Assembly: GCA_036306845.1 (NCBI GenBank)
Contig: JAXJYT010000082.1
Location: 1-28,369 of the forward strand
Direction of reading: 5' to 3'
Length of the DNA stretch: 28,369 bases
Source: Acutalibacteraceae bacterium
GTDB taxonomy: Bacteria > Bacillota > Clostridia > Oscillospirales > Acutalibacteraceae
Positions within the stretch are counted from its first letter, which is position 1. Each line of letters starts with the position of its first letter. A program made the translations under genes and the position numbers. This document shows positions 28,073 to 28,369 of this stretch, piece by piece. The notes below the pieces were generated by a model that saw nothing but the letters and a program-made list of their open reading frames with translations, ran no database searches and was not told the DNA's origin.

Positions 28073-28369
28073 ATGAATGTAGAAATGATGGGTGTCGGTT
28101 TTGCTAAACTTGCGATAGCAAAAACCGACTATCTTGTGCCTCATATTAATGATAATGACAAAGAGCCTTCCTGGGATGGTGATGTTGAAGTGTACCGCAA
28201 GGCGGGAGACACTCACGCTAAATCTGACCTAATGTTGAAAGTACCTGTCCAAATAAAAGGTCATAAAGAAAACAATCTTAGGAAGCAAAGCATTAAATAT
28301 CAAATTGCGCTTTCTGACCTTAGAAATTACTTAAATGCGGGAGGCACAACCTTTATGGTTGTGTATGTA
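28073..28369 (+). CDS. DUF4365-like PD-(D/E)XK nuclease-domain protein (3' truncated; not in the ORF track)
   Basis: Hand translation: MNVEMMGVGFAKLAIAKTDYLVPHINDNDKEPSWDGDVEVY...KVPVQIKG...IALSDLRNYLNAGGTTFMVVYV. Motif E...DK..WDG.VEVY...VQIKG. GGAGG RBS; frame open to the window end. Confidence 0.75.
   Translation, partial: MNVEMMGVGFAKLAIAKTDYLVPHINDNDKEPSWDGDVEVYRKAGDTHAKSDLMLKVPVQIKGHKENNLRKQSIKYQIALSDLRNYLNAGGTTFMVVYV

Larger units (their letters stand above)
27945..28369. mobile_element. Left end of a putative genomic island integrated at tRNA-Ala, continuing beyond the window
   Basis: Begins where the tRNA match stops; boundary hairpin, then an accessory nuclease-like gene. No integrase is visible in the window. 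Confidence 0.6.

Overview
Mostly core chromosome of a spore-forming Firmicute. Gene content and order suggest Clostridia, Oscillospiraceae/Ruminococcaceae-like (inference). In order: the 3' end of uvrB, then uvrA; an uncharacterised coupled trio (DUF5685-like, J-domain/TPR/Cys-rich, membrane protein); tsaE-tsaB-rpiB-upp on the minus strand; a stand-alone 2-oxoacid dehydrogenase E2-like catalytic domain lacking the catalytic His; fba; tepA-ftsK/spoIIIE-MBL hydrolase-deoD-cysK-tcdA; a spore germination/lysis cluster; pth; a PocR-AraC regulator divergent from a NahK-like kinase plus nagB; and a membrane-anchored NlpC/P60-like protein. In the spore cluster, SleC appears split into a pre-domain gene and a mature-type enzyme gene, followed by gerKA-KC-KB and an orphan endolysin-holin pair. 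At the right end, a 5'-truncated tRNA-Ala(GGC) probably marks the boundary of an integrated element. Its first gene, missing from the ORF track, looks like a DUF4365/PD-(D/E)XK nuclease. The best candidates for new biology are the split SleC without an evident pro-peptide, the apparently domesticated lysis cassette, and the D-loop tRNA attachment site. All family assignments come from motif recognition by eye; no searches were run.
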